This document shows positions 13,661 to 26,008 of a stretch of 64,000 nucleotides of DNA, piece by piece. Below the pieces are notes generated by a model. The model was not told where the DNA came from. It was given only the letters and a program-made list of their open reading frames with translations, and did not search any database. The stretch is from NCBI GenBank assembly GCA_951406725.2, contig OX597833.1:70680001-70744000 (forward strand). The letters are read 5' to 3'. The first letter of the stretch is position 1; each line of letters starts with the position of its first letter. A program made the translations under genes and the position numbers. The stretch is from Octopus vulgaris (Eukaryota).

Positions 13661-13771
13661 TTTAGTAAAATAACTCTGCCAATAAGAAGCTGGTGTTTGG
13701 GGCATGAATTAACATGGAATCTTGATGAAGGTTTCAGTTTAAATCACTTTGAATTTAGAAGCCTTCAATAA

Positions 13772-14172
13772 GTACCATTCATGCAAGGGTCGTTGCCCGT
13801 GCCGCCTGACTGGCTCCTGTGCTAGTGGCACACAATAAGCACCATTCATGCAAGAGTTGTTGCCCGTGCCGCCTGACTGGCTCCTCTGCTAGTGGCACAC
13901 AATAAGTACCATTCATGCATGGGTCATTGCCAGTTCCGCCTGACTGGCTCCTCATTCCAGTGGCACATAAAAAGCACCATCCAAATGTGACCGAGGCCAG
14001 TAGCACCTGACTGGCTCCCATGCCAGTAGCACGTAAAAGCACCCACCACACTCACGGAGTGGTTGGTGTTAGGAAACCTTGCCTGGTATAAGCCTTCTGG
14101 CTTGCCAGTCCTCAGTCAAACCGTCCAACCCATGCCAGCATGGAAAATGGACAGTAAAACGGTGATGATGAT
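13772..14172 (+). mobile_element. SINE family C with three near-identical tandem units of about 63 bp
   Basis: aataag(t/c)accattcatgca recurs at about 13767, 13834 and 13901. Confidence 0.75.
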
Positions 14173-14473
14173 GGTTCAGTTTACGTAACTGTTGGGACAG
14201 GTAACAGTGGCACTTATTAACACAATGTGACAGTCATTTTACTGAGAAGAAATCCTCTCACAGCCATTTCACTCTGACAGAATCTATAATTAAACATTAG
14301 CCTCACAACAGCAGCTAACATTTGTGAAAGGACCAATTCAGGTGTGTGTGTATGTGTGTGTTTATATGAAGCAGTGCACTTGTATTTTATTTATATAGTT
14401 GATAGGGTATGTCGGGTATGTTGCTACCCTCAAATATTTATAATCATTTGTATCAGTTAAGATAAATTTACAC

Positions 14474-14512
<39 letters not shown>

Positions 14513-14537
14513 CTTTCTCTCTCTCTGTCTCTCTTGT

Positions 14538-14850
14538 GTTGCTCAGTGGTTAGGGTAGTCAGCTCACAATTGTTCAGTCATGGATTTGATTCTTAGAGGT
14601 GCATTGTGTCCTTGAGCAAGATACTTTATTTCACATTGCTCCAGTCCACTCAGCTGGCAAAACATGAGTAGTACCTGTACTTCAAAGGGCCAGCCTCGTC
14701 ACACTCACTGGTCACACTGACTCTCCCTGAGAATTGCATTAAGGGTACACGTGTCTGTAGAGTACTCAGCCACTTCCACGTTAATTTCACAAGCAGGTTC
14801 TTCCGTTGATCAGATGAACTGGAACCCTCATTGTCGCAACCAACAGACTG
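14538..14850 (+). mobile_element. Second CORE-type tRNA SINE (family D)
   Basis: gctcagtggttaggg head, then tgtgtccttgagcaagatacttt...ccagtccactcagctg; reverse-strand copy at about 54945-55240 and a partial copy at 23770-23900. Confidence 0.7.
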
Positions 14851-15166
14851 CCAAATTTCATTGATTTTGTGTGTGCTTTATAGTCTGTGTGTGTGTGTGT
14901 GTGTGTAATTATTGTCTTGCCTTGTTTCAACTCTGCTTCGACAAACCAAACCCCACCACTGCCTGGTTGTTGAATGTCTTTGAGCAAACTCCTCTCCCAT
15001 GCAATCATTGGATCAGATCCCTACTGCGAGGCTGACCCAGTATCTTCCTGTATCGATTCTTTCTACCCCCAACATTTCAGTTAGGGTCTCTTATTCACTT
15101 TTCTCCTCCCCACCAATCCCAGAAGCTGGATAAGGTCGTGGATACTGTCCTTCCTCCTGGGATCAA

Positions 15167-15386
15167 CCCTTTCGTTACTAACCTGGCTGAAACCGGCTCT
15201 GACTCTTTAGTATAAATGTCTTGTTTTCATAAGTTTTGAATTCAAAATTTCCACCAAATCTTAGTCACAATTTATGTTCCTAACACTAGCCAAAGATAAC
15301 GATGTTATTTTACTAAATTCTTTCTTATATTTAAAATAATTGGAAGAAACGCAGAGCATCTCAAAATAAATACAGTAACGAAAGGG
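15167..15386. mobile_element. piggyBac-like MITE, opposite orientation to 7708-7929
   Basis: CCCTTTCGTTAC ... GTAACGAAAGGG followed by TTAA; internal sequence is the reverse complement of the 7708 copy. Confidence 0.8.
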
Positions 15387-17002
15387 TTAAGCCACATATT
15401 TTTTTAAAGCCTGAGACCCAGTTGATCTTGAAACACCAGTGTCTTCATGTTGGCCATCAAATATTAGGAAAATACAATTTATAGTATCTAATTTCGAGGG
15501 GAGGGGAATGAGTGTTCTGTAGTGTAATATGGTCGACTGGCAAGCAGGAGATCAGTGGTTCAAGTCCTGTCAGTGAGTTTTGCATTCTTCCTATCTTTCC
15601 CAGATGTATTTCTAGCCGACCAAGTGACTCCATAAAGTCTGTCTTCAAATAAAACAACTGACATAATTAGAAATGAAAAAACATGTCCATTTCAAACACG
15701 GCTTTCTAGAGAGCTTGCCATATCTACAGTACAAGCATCTCATTAAGTATAATACTTGATGAAATTTAAATGATCTAAATTAATTAGGTATTAATTGATG
15801 TGTCTAATGGCATTGACATCAAGATCTTAGCAGTTAATTATACACAGACATTATTTTTTTCAGTTCCACATACATAACAACATATAATGTCAATCAAAGA
15901 CCTGTTTAGACCTCAGTGGTGGTAGTGGTGGTGGAGGGTGTTGTAGAATTGAGATTTAAGAGAAATGACAACAATGATAATGAGGATGAGTGAGGATGAA
16001 TGAAGATGAGCATGATAGTGATGATGTTGATGATAACGTGTGTGTATTTCTCTCGGTATTGCAGTGTTGGCAATACCATCAGCTGCTGATCACAGTGCAC
16101 TTCCAAGTTCTGTCTTGGTTGTACCATTCTTTTCCACCTTGACCGAAATTAACTAAATTGTCTTCCCATCGTTATGGAAAGCCTTCCAGATGGTCTTTTC
16201 TTATCGCTTGAAATGCCACTCAGTAACTGCACGGACCCACCTGTTGTCTGTAAACCTCGCAACATGTCTGGCCCAGCAGATCCCATGCTTTTGGTATTCT
16301 ACAATCACATCATTGACACTAATCCATTCCCAAATTTATATATATAAATCAAATGGAAATTATAGTTAAGACACCCGTGCTGGTGACACGTAAAATGCAC
16401 CGTCCGAACGTGGCAGATGCCAGCGCCACCTGACTGGCGTCCGTGTCAGTGACACGTAAAAGCACCAACCAATCATGGCCGTTTGCCAGCCTCCTCTGGC
16501 CCCTGTGCCAGTAGCATGTAAAATGCACCCACTACACCCAAGGAGTGGTTGGTGTTAGGAAGGGCATCAAGCTGTAGAAACACTGCCAGATCAGACTGGA
16601 GCCTGGTGCAGCCTCCTGGCTTCCCAGACCCCAGTCAAACCGTCCAACCCATGCTAGCATGGAAAACGGACGTTAAATGATGATGATGATGATCATCATC
16701 ATATATATAAGCATTATCACTTGATGGTTATTTTCGCAGCTGGTTCCGATGGTTCGACAGGATCTGGCAAGCCACGGGGCAGCGCCAAGTTCCAGTATCA
16801 TCTTTGGCATAGTTTCTACAGTTTTGCTACACCCTCTCTAATGCCAACCACATTGATATGCCTACCATGTTACCAAAAAAGCACCTGTGCTGGTGCCACA
16901 CAAAAAGCACCCGGTACATTCTGAAAAGTGGTTGGCATCAGGAGCCATGCCAGAACAGACAACTGGAGCCTCGTGCAGAGCTCTTTGGTTTGCCAGCTCC
17001 TG

Positions 17003-17352
17003 TTAGTTAGTTAGTTAGTTAATTTTTTGGCTCAAAAAGCAAAAAGCAAGCCCATGTAGGGGGACATGGATTAATGTACAGGGTGGTGTTCATGTAAAGA
17101 GTTCAGGCCACTTGTGGTCAAGGGAGACTTTGAACCAAGCAGTCGTCGGCATCTTCACTATCTCGTCCGGCAGCTTATTCCACGGATCTGCAACCCGGAC
17201 GGAGAAAGCCCCTCTCCTTCGATTGAGATGAAATCGTCGCAGATAGAGCTTTTCGGAGTGACCCCCGCAGCCAACGCTCTGGAGCAGGAGTGAAGAACAG
17301 TTCCTTCGAGAGGTTACACTTTCCGCTAATGATGTTGTGAGCAAGAATGAGA
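17003..17352 (-). mobile_element. 5'-truncated CR1-clade LINE, nested in a family C SINE
   Basis: GHSEKLYLRRFHLNRRRGAFSVRVADPWNKLPDEIV..FKVSLD is a CR1-type ORF2 C-terminus; (TAAC)n tail. Confidence 0.8.
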
Positions 17353-17896
17353 TTGTCCGACCCATGCCAGCATGGACAACAAACACTGAATAATACACAC
17401 ACACAAACATACATTTAGCTGTTGAAATCATCATCATCATCATCACGATGAGCAAAAAAACCACTCCAAAGTAACATAGTCAACTTGTTTTACTTCATTT
17501 TGTTTTGCTTTGTTTTCGTTTTTTGTTTTTGTTTCCCTCTCCAATTATCAAAAACTAGGAGTTGTGAAATATTTATCAGCGTTTATTGTTGTACTGTATT
17601 GTCAGGTTGTTGTTTCTTTTTAACCTCTGACCTTATTGATTTTCTATTATATACGTGTGTGTGGTGTGTGTGTCTGTTGGTGTTACCGTTATATCCTTTG
17701 TCTACCTTGTTTCAGCGGCTGCTTTTAACTCCACCACTCTCTTGCAAACAAGGTGATCTTCGTTTTTCTTTTCTCACTTATTTACATGTTTTTATCTGTC
17801 TTCAAATATCAAATACGAATAAAAAAAAAACAGAAACAATGATAAAAATAAAGAGAAAATAAATGAGAAAAAAGCAAATCGTTACTCTTTCATCCA

Positions 17897-18285
17897 CCTC
17901 TCTCTCTCTCTCTCACACACACTCTCTCTCTCTCACACACTCTCTCTCTCTCACACTCTCTCACACACTCTCTCTCTCACACACTCTCTCTCACACTCTC
18001 TCTCACACACTCTCTCTCTCTCTCTCTCACACACTCTCTCTCTCTCACACACACTCTCTCTCTCTCACACACTCTCTCTCTCTCACACTCTCTCTCTCAC
18101 ACACTCTCTCTCACTTTCTCTCTCTCACACACTCTCTCTCTCACACTCTCTCTCACACTCTCTCACACACTCTCTCTCACACTCTCTCTCTCACACACTC
18201 TCTCTCACACACTCTCTCTCTCACACACACTCTCTCTCTCACACACTCTCTCTCTCTCACACACTCTCTCTCTCTCACACACACA

Positions 18286-18316
<31 letters not shown>
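17897..18316. repeat. Compound (CT)n/(CA)n microsatellite
   Basis: Direct inspection. Confidence 0.95.
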
Positions 18317-18320
<4 letters not shown>

Positions 18321-19234
18321 AGAAATAATGTTAAAACAGAAAAAAAAATCTATGAAGAGAATGTGAGAAAACAAAACAAATATGTAGATTTTGAACTTGA
18401 GGTTTATTCTGTCTGTTTTGATAATAGTGACTTTGTAAACGTGACAACACATTGTGTTGGGTGGAGGCTTGACTTTGTTTGTCCCCTCTATGTTCAGCCC
18501 CTTGTGGGCAGTAAAGAAATATATATATATATTATCATCATCATCATCATCATCATCATCATTTAGCATCCGTTTTCCATGCTAGCATGGGTTGGACGGT
18601 TCAACTGGGGTCTGTGAAGCCAGAAGGCTGCATCAGGTCCAGTCTGATCTGGCAGTGTTTCTACGGCTGGATGCCCTTCCTAACGCCAACCACTCCGCGA
18701 GTGTAGTGGGTGCTTTTTACGTGCCACCCGCACAGGAGCCAGACGGAGCTGGCAAACGGCCACGAACAGATGGTGGTTTTACGTGCCACCGGCACGGGGG
18801 CCAGGCGAAGCTGGCAACGGACACAAACGGATGGTGCTTTTATGTGCCACCGGCACGGAGGCCAGTCGGGGCGGCGCTGGCAAATATATATATATTTGTT
18901 TTTATGTTATAATAAAAACAATTTTACATTAAATTGAAGAATTACTGAATACATTTGGTAGAGTACAAATTTGTTATTCTTAAACAAGAATCGTATTGAC
19001 AGTGACTTTGAAGTTTTCACCAGCTAAGCCATTATCAGGCATGTATGCATGTACATAAGTTCATTTATTCATTTTCACTCTTCTGTTTTTAATTATTTCA
19101 ACTCTTCCTCCGAGGAACAAGGAGCTGGTTTCTAAGATACAAAGCTCCATCGTTAGAATGAAGAAATGAAAACAATGTCACATTTTACACTTGAGAAAAT
19201 TCTTCATATTTTTACTATTCCACTTACAGATTCT

Positions 19235-19475
19235 ATTTGTAACAGCACCAATTATCATTTGTGTGACCTCGTGTGTACCGTTGGCGATTTTTTTTTTTTT
19301 TTTCCTCTGTCTTCCCTTCTCTGGATCTTTCCTTCTCCTATGTTTCCGACGAAGAGCTCCGCTCGAAACGTTAAACCCTCCTTCTTCCCTTCTTTCCTGA
19401 GCATCCAATAATACTATATTTGTTCCACGCCCTCGCGTTGTTGTGTTTTTTTGTGCTTTCTTGTTTGGATTAACT
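19235..19475 (+). mobile_element. Penelope-like pLTR fragment with a minimal hammerhead motif at 19342-19376
   Basis: GTTT CCGACGA AGAGC-TCC-GCTC GAAAC GTT AAAC; ends at (TA)n; a related reverse fragment lies near 7450-7690. Confidence 0.55.
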
Positions 19476-19555
19476 ATATATATATATATGTATGTATGTA
19501 TGTTAGTAGGCTTGCATGCATGCATGCATGCAAGACATTAGGAGGGGCATGATAA

Positions 19556-19786
19556 AGGCGGCAAACTGGCAGAAACGTTAGCACGCCAAGCAAAATGCAT
19601 AGCCGTATTTCGTCTGCCGTTACGTTCTGAGTTCAAATTCTGCCGAGGTCGACTTTGCCTTTCATCCTTTCAGGGTCGATAAATTAAATACCAGTTACGC
19701 ACTGGGGTCGATGTAATCAACTTAATCCATTTGTCTGTCCTTGTTTGTCCTCTCTGTGTTTAGCCCCTTGTGGGTAGCAAGGAAAC
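19556..19786 (+). mobile_element. tRNA-derived SINE family B (Nin/Deu-domain-like) with 16-bp TSD
   Basis: Core gactttgcctttcatccttt-ggggtcgataaattaa-taccag; TSD aggaggggcat(g/c)ataa at 19540-19555 and 19787-19802. Other copies at about 5980-6185+, 25435-25641-, 27958-28345+, 29645-29830+, 30625-30845+, 41273-41487-, 42420-42625-, 50204-50420+, 51175-51632-, 52075-52292-, 56800-56987-. Confidence 0.85.
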
Positions 19787-20121
19787 AGGAGGGGCATCAT
19801 AACATATAAACCATGCCAAAGCAGACATTCAGAGCTACAATACTTTATAGGAATTTTTTAAATCAACCCCAGTACACAACTGGTACTTTGTTTTATCCTC
19901 CCAACTCCCAGAAGGATGAAAGGTGAAATTGACTTTGAACTCAGAAAATAAAGAGTCCCCTTAAATGCTGCAGGATTTTTGTCTAATGAGTTACTCTTCC
20001 TGCCAATTCCTCACCCAAAATAAACTGAAAGTTTTTTGGAACCACCCCCCTCTTTTTTTTATGTTTCTCTGTATTGTTGTGTTTCTTTCTAAATTTTTCC
20101 TCTCTTTTGTTCTCTCCTCAG

Positions 20122-20263
20122 ATGTCTGGAGTCTTGGAGTTGTCCTTTATATGTTGGTTTGCGGCACACCACCATTCTATGAAGCAAATGACAGTGAGAC
20201 GCTAACCATGATCATGGATTGTAAATATAAGTTCCCAGGTCATGTGTCGAAGGATTGTCAGTC
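20122..20263 (+). CDS. SNRK: SNF-related Ser/Thr kinase, internal exon (kinase subdomains IX-X), 142 nt, phase 1 to 2
   Basis: Pyrimidine tract + ctcag acceptor; TC|gtaagt donor. Translation (D)[46 protein letters not shown](S) contains the SNRK-typical [16 protein letters not shown] segment. Confidence 0.95.
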
Positions 20264-20366
20264 GTAAGTATTTACCAGCCTTTTACTTGACTAAAGGAGT
20301 CTTCTTAATATTTGTGTTTATCAGCTTTTTCTTTTTTTTATTTCCCTGCCCTCCCCCCGACAGTAT

Positions 20367-20786
20367 ACTCTTACTCTCTTTTACTCTTTTACTTGTTTCA
20401 GTCATTTGACTGTGGCCATGCTGGAGCACTGCCTTTAATCAAGCAACTCGACCCCGGGACTTATTCTTTGTAAGCCCAGTACTTATTCTATTGGTCTCTT
20501 TTGCCAAACCGCTAAGTGACAGGGACATAAACACACCAGCATTGGTTGTCAAGCGATGTTGGGGGGACAAACACAGACATACAAACATACACACACACAT
20601 ATATATATATACATACATATATACGACGGGCTTCTTTCAGTTTCCGTCTACCAAATCCACTCATAAGACATTGGTCGGCCTGAGGCTATAGTAGAAGACA
20701 CTTGCCCAAGGTGCCACACAGTGGGACTGAACCCGGAACCATATGGTTGGTAAACAATCTACTTACCACACAGCCACTCCTGCGCC
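20367..20786 (-). mobile_element. CORE-type SINE family A, full length, about 100 nt downstream of an SNRK exon
   Basis: Matches the family A consensus. Confidence 0.85.
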
Positions 20787-21465
20787 TGTGGGACTTGCTA
20801 CACTTTTGAAAAAAATTTTTCCCTGCAAGTTAGGAATAATATTCCCTCAAATTATTATTATTTTATATATATATATATATATATATATTGTGGTAAGCAA
20901 CTCTCGAGAGCTGAACAGCAGAAGGTTTTGAAAAAAGAAAACCTCTTTTAGGCAGGTGTTTTGGCCCTCAACTTCTTACAGTCAAAAGGGGTCGGGCCAT
21001 GTTCAGGGCATGGCTCCTGGGTATCCTTCTGCTGACGCTTTTTTTTAACCTTTTGGATATTGGTGACTACTTGGCTATTTAAAGTGCATTTGAGATCTCG
21101 TCCAGTTGGAACTCCTCTCCGTTGACTCAGCCTTCGTACTTACACACCAAGTGCATGCCATGTTAGTCATAGTTGCTTACTAGCTTGGCTGTTAGTAGCT
21201 TAAGAGTGTGTATGTGTGTATATATATATGTATATATATTGATTTGGAGAAACATGAATAATGTGAGTGAGTAAGTTGTTGTTTTGCTCTGGGTCAATGC
21301 TAATCAAGTAGAAAAATGACAAAGGAACAAAATGTAATAAAGGTTATAGAAAATTACTTCATCATCAGTTCTTACGTTTTTCTTTATATATTTTCTTTTT
21401 ATTTATTTATTGGTTTTGTTATATTTGGGGAGGGTCATTTTGCCAATGAACTCATGCACTGTTTA

Positions 21466-21685
21466 CTCTTTACTCTTTTACTTCTTTCAGTCATTTGACT
21501 GCGGCCATGCTGGAGCACCGCCTTTAGTCGATCAAATCGACCCCGGGACTTATTCTTTGTAAGCCCAGTACTTATTCTATCGGTCTCTTTTGCCGAACCG
21601 CTAAGTGACGGGGACGTAAACACACCAGCATCGGTTGTCAAGCAATGCTAGGAGGACATACACAGACATACAAACACACACATAC

Positions 21686-21730
<45 letters not shown>

Positions 21731-21896
21731 TACGACAGGCTTCTTTCAGTTTCCGTCTACCGAATCCACTCACAAGGCATTGGTCGGCCCGGGGCTATAG
21801 CGGAAGACACTTGCCCAAGATGCCACGCAGTGGGACTGAACCCGGAACCATGTGGTTGGTAAACAAGCTACTTACCACACAACCACTCCTGCGCCT
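21466..21896 (-). mobile_element. CORE-type SINE family A flanked by 94-bp direct repeats
   Basis: 21372-21465 equals 21897-21990 with one mismatch. Confidence 0.9.
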
Positions 21897-22039
21897 TTAC
21901 GTTTTTCTTTATATATTTTCTTTTTATTTATTTATTGGTTTTGTTATATTTGGGGAGGGTCATTTTGCCAATAAACTCATGCACTGTTTATATGATCTGC
22001 ATTTTAGCTTTATCATTATTATTGTTATTGTTATCAAAA

Positions 22040-22540
22040 TCAAAATCGCTGACGTGGCCGATGACAGTACCGCCTAATTGGCACTCATGCCAGTGGAATA
22101 TTAAAGGCACCATCCAAGCGTGATCATTGCCAGCGTTGCCTTACCGGTCTATGTGCCAGTGGCACATGAAAAAGAGCATTCAAGCATGGTCGTTACCAGT
22201 GCCGCCGGACTGGCTCCCGTGCAGGTGGCACATAAAAACACCTTTTGAGCGTGACCATTGCCAGTACCGCCTGACTGGCCCTCGTGGCGGTGGTGCATAA
22301 AAGCACCTTTTGAGCGTGACCGTTGCCAGTACCGCCTGACTGGCCCTCGTGGCGGTTGCACATAAAAGCACCCACTACACTCTCAGAGTGGTTTGCATTA
22401 GGAAGGGCACCCAGCTCTAGAAACTCTGCCAGATCAAGATTGGAGCCTGGTGCAGCCTTCTGGCTCGCCAGTCCTCAGTCAAACCGTCCAACCCATGCCA
22501 GCATGGAAAGCGGACGTTAAACGATGATAATGATGACGAG
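22040..22540 (+). mobile_element. SINE family C with internal tandem units
   Basis: Duplicated ccttttgagcgtgacc-ttgccagtaccgcctgactggccctcgtggcgg unit. Confidence 0.8.
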
Positions 22541-22793
22541 TTTACTTGTCACGCCACACATTCTATTCTGGTAATATCTTGATTGCACCAGAATAAATTC
22601 TCGGGTTTCTAAACCAAAAGGGAACATTGTCTCCTGGTGTTTTGTTGTGCCTTTTATGCAAACATATGTTTAAATGTTACTAGCCTTCTGACACGCACTC
22701 ATTCAAATAGGTACCCCGCATTAACCAACATCTCCTTTGCCACATTGGTAACAGTAAAAAAGCAAACAAACAAATATATAAAAGTATATATAT

Positions 22794-22957
22794 AGGCGCA
22801 GGAGTGGCTGTGTGGTAAGTAGCTTGTTTACCAACCACATGGTTCCGGGTTCAGTCCCACTGCGTGGCACCTTGGGCAAGTGTCTTCTGCTATAGCCTCG
22901 GGCTGACCAAAGCCTTGTGAGTGGATTTGGTAGACGGAAACTGAAAGAAGCCCGTCG

Positions 22958-22991
<34 letters not shown>

Positions 22992-23218
22992 CGTGTATGT
23001 TTGTGTGTCTGTGTTTGTCCCCCTTGCATTGCTTGACAACTGATGCTGGCATGTTTATGTCCCTGTCACTTAGCGGTTTGGCAAAAGAGACCGATAGAAT
23101 AAGTACTGAGCTTACAAAAGAATAAGTCCCGGGGTCAAGTTGCTCGATTAAAGGCAGTGCTCCAGCATGGCCGCAGTCAAATGACTGAAACAAGTAAAGG
23201 AGTAAAGAGTAAAAGAGT
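22794..23218 (+). mobile_element. CORE-type SINE family A, full length
   Basis: Matches consensus; further + copies at 23983-24320 (5'-truncated) and 26632-27046. Confidence 0.85.
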
Positions 23219-24764
23219 ATATATTATATATCATCATCATCATCATCATCATCGTTTAACGTCCGCTTTCCATGCTAGCATGGGTTGGACAGTTCAACTG
23301 GGGTGTGGGAAGCCCGAAGGCTGCACCAGGCCAGTCAGATGTGGCAGTGTTTCTACAGCTGGATGCCCTTCCTAACGCCAATAATATAGTTTTACATATA
23401 AAATAGGGGACCATAATGGCAACACAACTGCTCAGATGCTTGCCACAGAGAACAACAGCATAAGACCAAAGCCTTCCGGAATGGTCACAGAAAAAGAGGG
23501 ACAAAAGTTCTTTGAAAGAGAGTTACAGAACAAGAAACGTGAACTGAAGCCAAGTGAATGTGTTTATGGACTTCAATGTGAAGCATTAAATGAGAAAACC
23601 ACAACTTGTAGCTGGAACTTAGAAGCGAGTATGACTTAGTAACGTGTACCGTGATTTCACTAAGCATTGTAGGTATCTGTGTAGTTACAAGCAGACACAG
23701 ATCCCTTCTTGGCTTTCCCACCATGGGCCCAGTGCATATCAAGGATGTGACAGCTGGAAGGAGAGAGAGAGAGCTGTATCAGAATTAGGCTGGTACTTGT
23801 TTTCAGCTGGGTAAGACTATGGAGTGTCTTGCTCAAGGATTCATTGCACTGCCCAGTTCAGGAATTGAACTCAGGACCACTTGAATGTGAGCTCAATACC
23901 CTAAGGTTTTAATACGACTCTTTCACAACATATCAATAGATAAACGATAATTTTATATCCTGCATTTAAAACAATGAAAAGTTTGCGTGGCATCTTGGTC
24001 AAGTGTCTTCTACTATAGCCCCGGGCCGACCAAAGCCTTGTGAGTGGATTTGGTAGACGGAAACTGAAAGAAGCCTGTCGTATATATGTATATATATATA
24101 TATATGTGTGTGTGTGTTTGTGTGTCTGTGTTTGTCCCCCTAGCATTGCTTGACAACCGATGCTGGTGTGTTTACGTCCCCGTTACTTAGCGGTTCGGCA
24201 AAAGAGACCGATAGAATAAGTACTGGGCTTACAAAGAATAAGTCCCGGGGTCGATTTGCTCGACTAAAAGGCGGTGCTCCAGCATGGCCGCAGTCAAATG
24301 ACTGAAACAAGTAAAAAGAGTATCCGTTTGTCTTGTTCTTGTCTAAACTCTTCTAAAAACTTCTTTCAAATTCTCAATTCCTTTCAATAATCTCTCCTTT
24401 CCGGAATATTCTTGTCCTCTCTCTCCCATTTGCCGATAGAAGCAGATCAATATCACTTCATATCAAAAGACGTATAAATAATTATGCCACAGCAGTTCTA
24501 TCAATTTTCCAGTCCAGTTATAAAATGCTGTAAAATTTGCAACAAGGCCCATTTTCAATTTCCTTCACCATAAATCATTTATCTAAATTATCCCATTTAT
24601 TAAATAAAATTAAGAGGAAAAAAAAAGGGGAAAAAATTATTATTTTTTTCGTTTTGGTTTAGTTATAAATTGCAACGCAAAACCTAACAAGGCAGAATTT
24701 TTGTTTCTTCAACCATTAATCATTAATCTACATTATTAAATATATTTCTGTATGTTATTTAATA

Positions 24765-25162
24765 CTAGCAGTATCGCCCGGCGTTGCTCGGGTTTGTAAG
24801 GGAAATAACTATATAAGCATTTTTAGAGAGTTAAAGCCAAAAAATAGCAAAAAAATGCATTAAAAATGGGGAAAAAATTATGGTAAATTTTTTTTTAAAT
24901 CGTTGACTCATCGTAGACATTTTTAGAGAGTTACTTCCCTTATATAATAGCGAAAAAATGCATTAAAATGGAAAACAATGATGGTAAATTATTTTTTAAA
25001 TCGTAGACTCATCGTAGACGCGCGCTAATACCCAGAAGGGCTTGATATGAATCACGACTATAAGATACCCAGTTTTGGTTAAACTGCACCGCAAAATGTG
25101 GGAGTAGTTAGGAATCTAAATCGTAGGGGACAGACACACAACTTCACTTTTATATATAAAGA
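24765..25162 (-). mobile_element. Non-autonomous Helitron, same subfamily as 13261-13660
   Basis: TC...hairpin-CTAG termini, A|T insertion, near identity to the first copy. Confidence 0.85.
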
Positions 25163-25947
25163 TTATTTAATTTGATTGTTAACTTTTTCAGTTTATTTTA
25201 GTTTAATACAAGATGAAACGGGCAAAGGTAGCTTCTCCATTTTACTCCATAATAAATCATTGATTTTATTATCCCAAATACAATTTTATTTCCTTTAGCA
25301 AGGTCTTTGCTCCATGTGTGTGTGTTTATGATGCAAGGTAGCCAGGTATCTCCTCTATAGCAAGCACACCTCTACACATCCCACTGTCATGCTTCACCTT
25401 CTCAGCACTTGGCATATGGCCACCTCCTATTACTTATTTCTTTACTACCCACAAGGGGCTAAACACAGAGTGGACAAAGAAGGACAGACAAACGGATTAA
25501 GTCGATTACATCGACCCCAGTGTGTAACTGGTACTTAATTTATTGACCCTGAAAGGATGAAAGGCAAAGTCGACCTCGGCGGAATTTGAACTCAGAACGT
25601 AACGGCAGACGAACTACAGCTAAGCATTTTGCCCAGCGTGCTAACGTTTCTGCCAGTTCACCTATTACTACAACAACAACAACTACTACTACTACAACCC
25701 CGTTTAATTAAAGGTGCTTTCTTTGCCCTTTCTTGATTGTTGCAAATTACTTGCCAGTGTCACAAAAAAAAGCACCCAGTGCCCTCAACAAAGTTGTTGG
25801 CACTATGAAGGGCATCCAGCCATAGGAACCATGCCAAAGCAGACGTTTAGAGCCCAGCATAATCTTCCAGCTCATCATGTCTTGTCAAACTGTCCAACCC
25901 ACACCTGCATATGAGATAGATGTTAAATAATTATAATGATGGTGTGC

Positions 25948-26008
<61 letters not shown>

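Noticed and set aside
15505-15580. tRNA-like sequence with box A/B (gtagtgtaa...ggttcaagtcc)
   Set aside because: No complete cloverleaf or acceptor stem; most likely a decayed SINE head. tRNAscan-SE would settle it.
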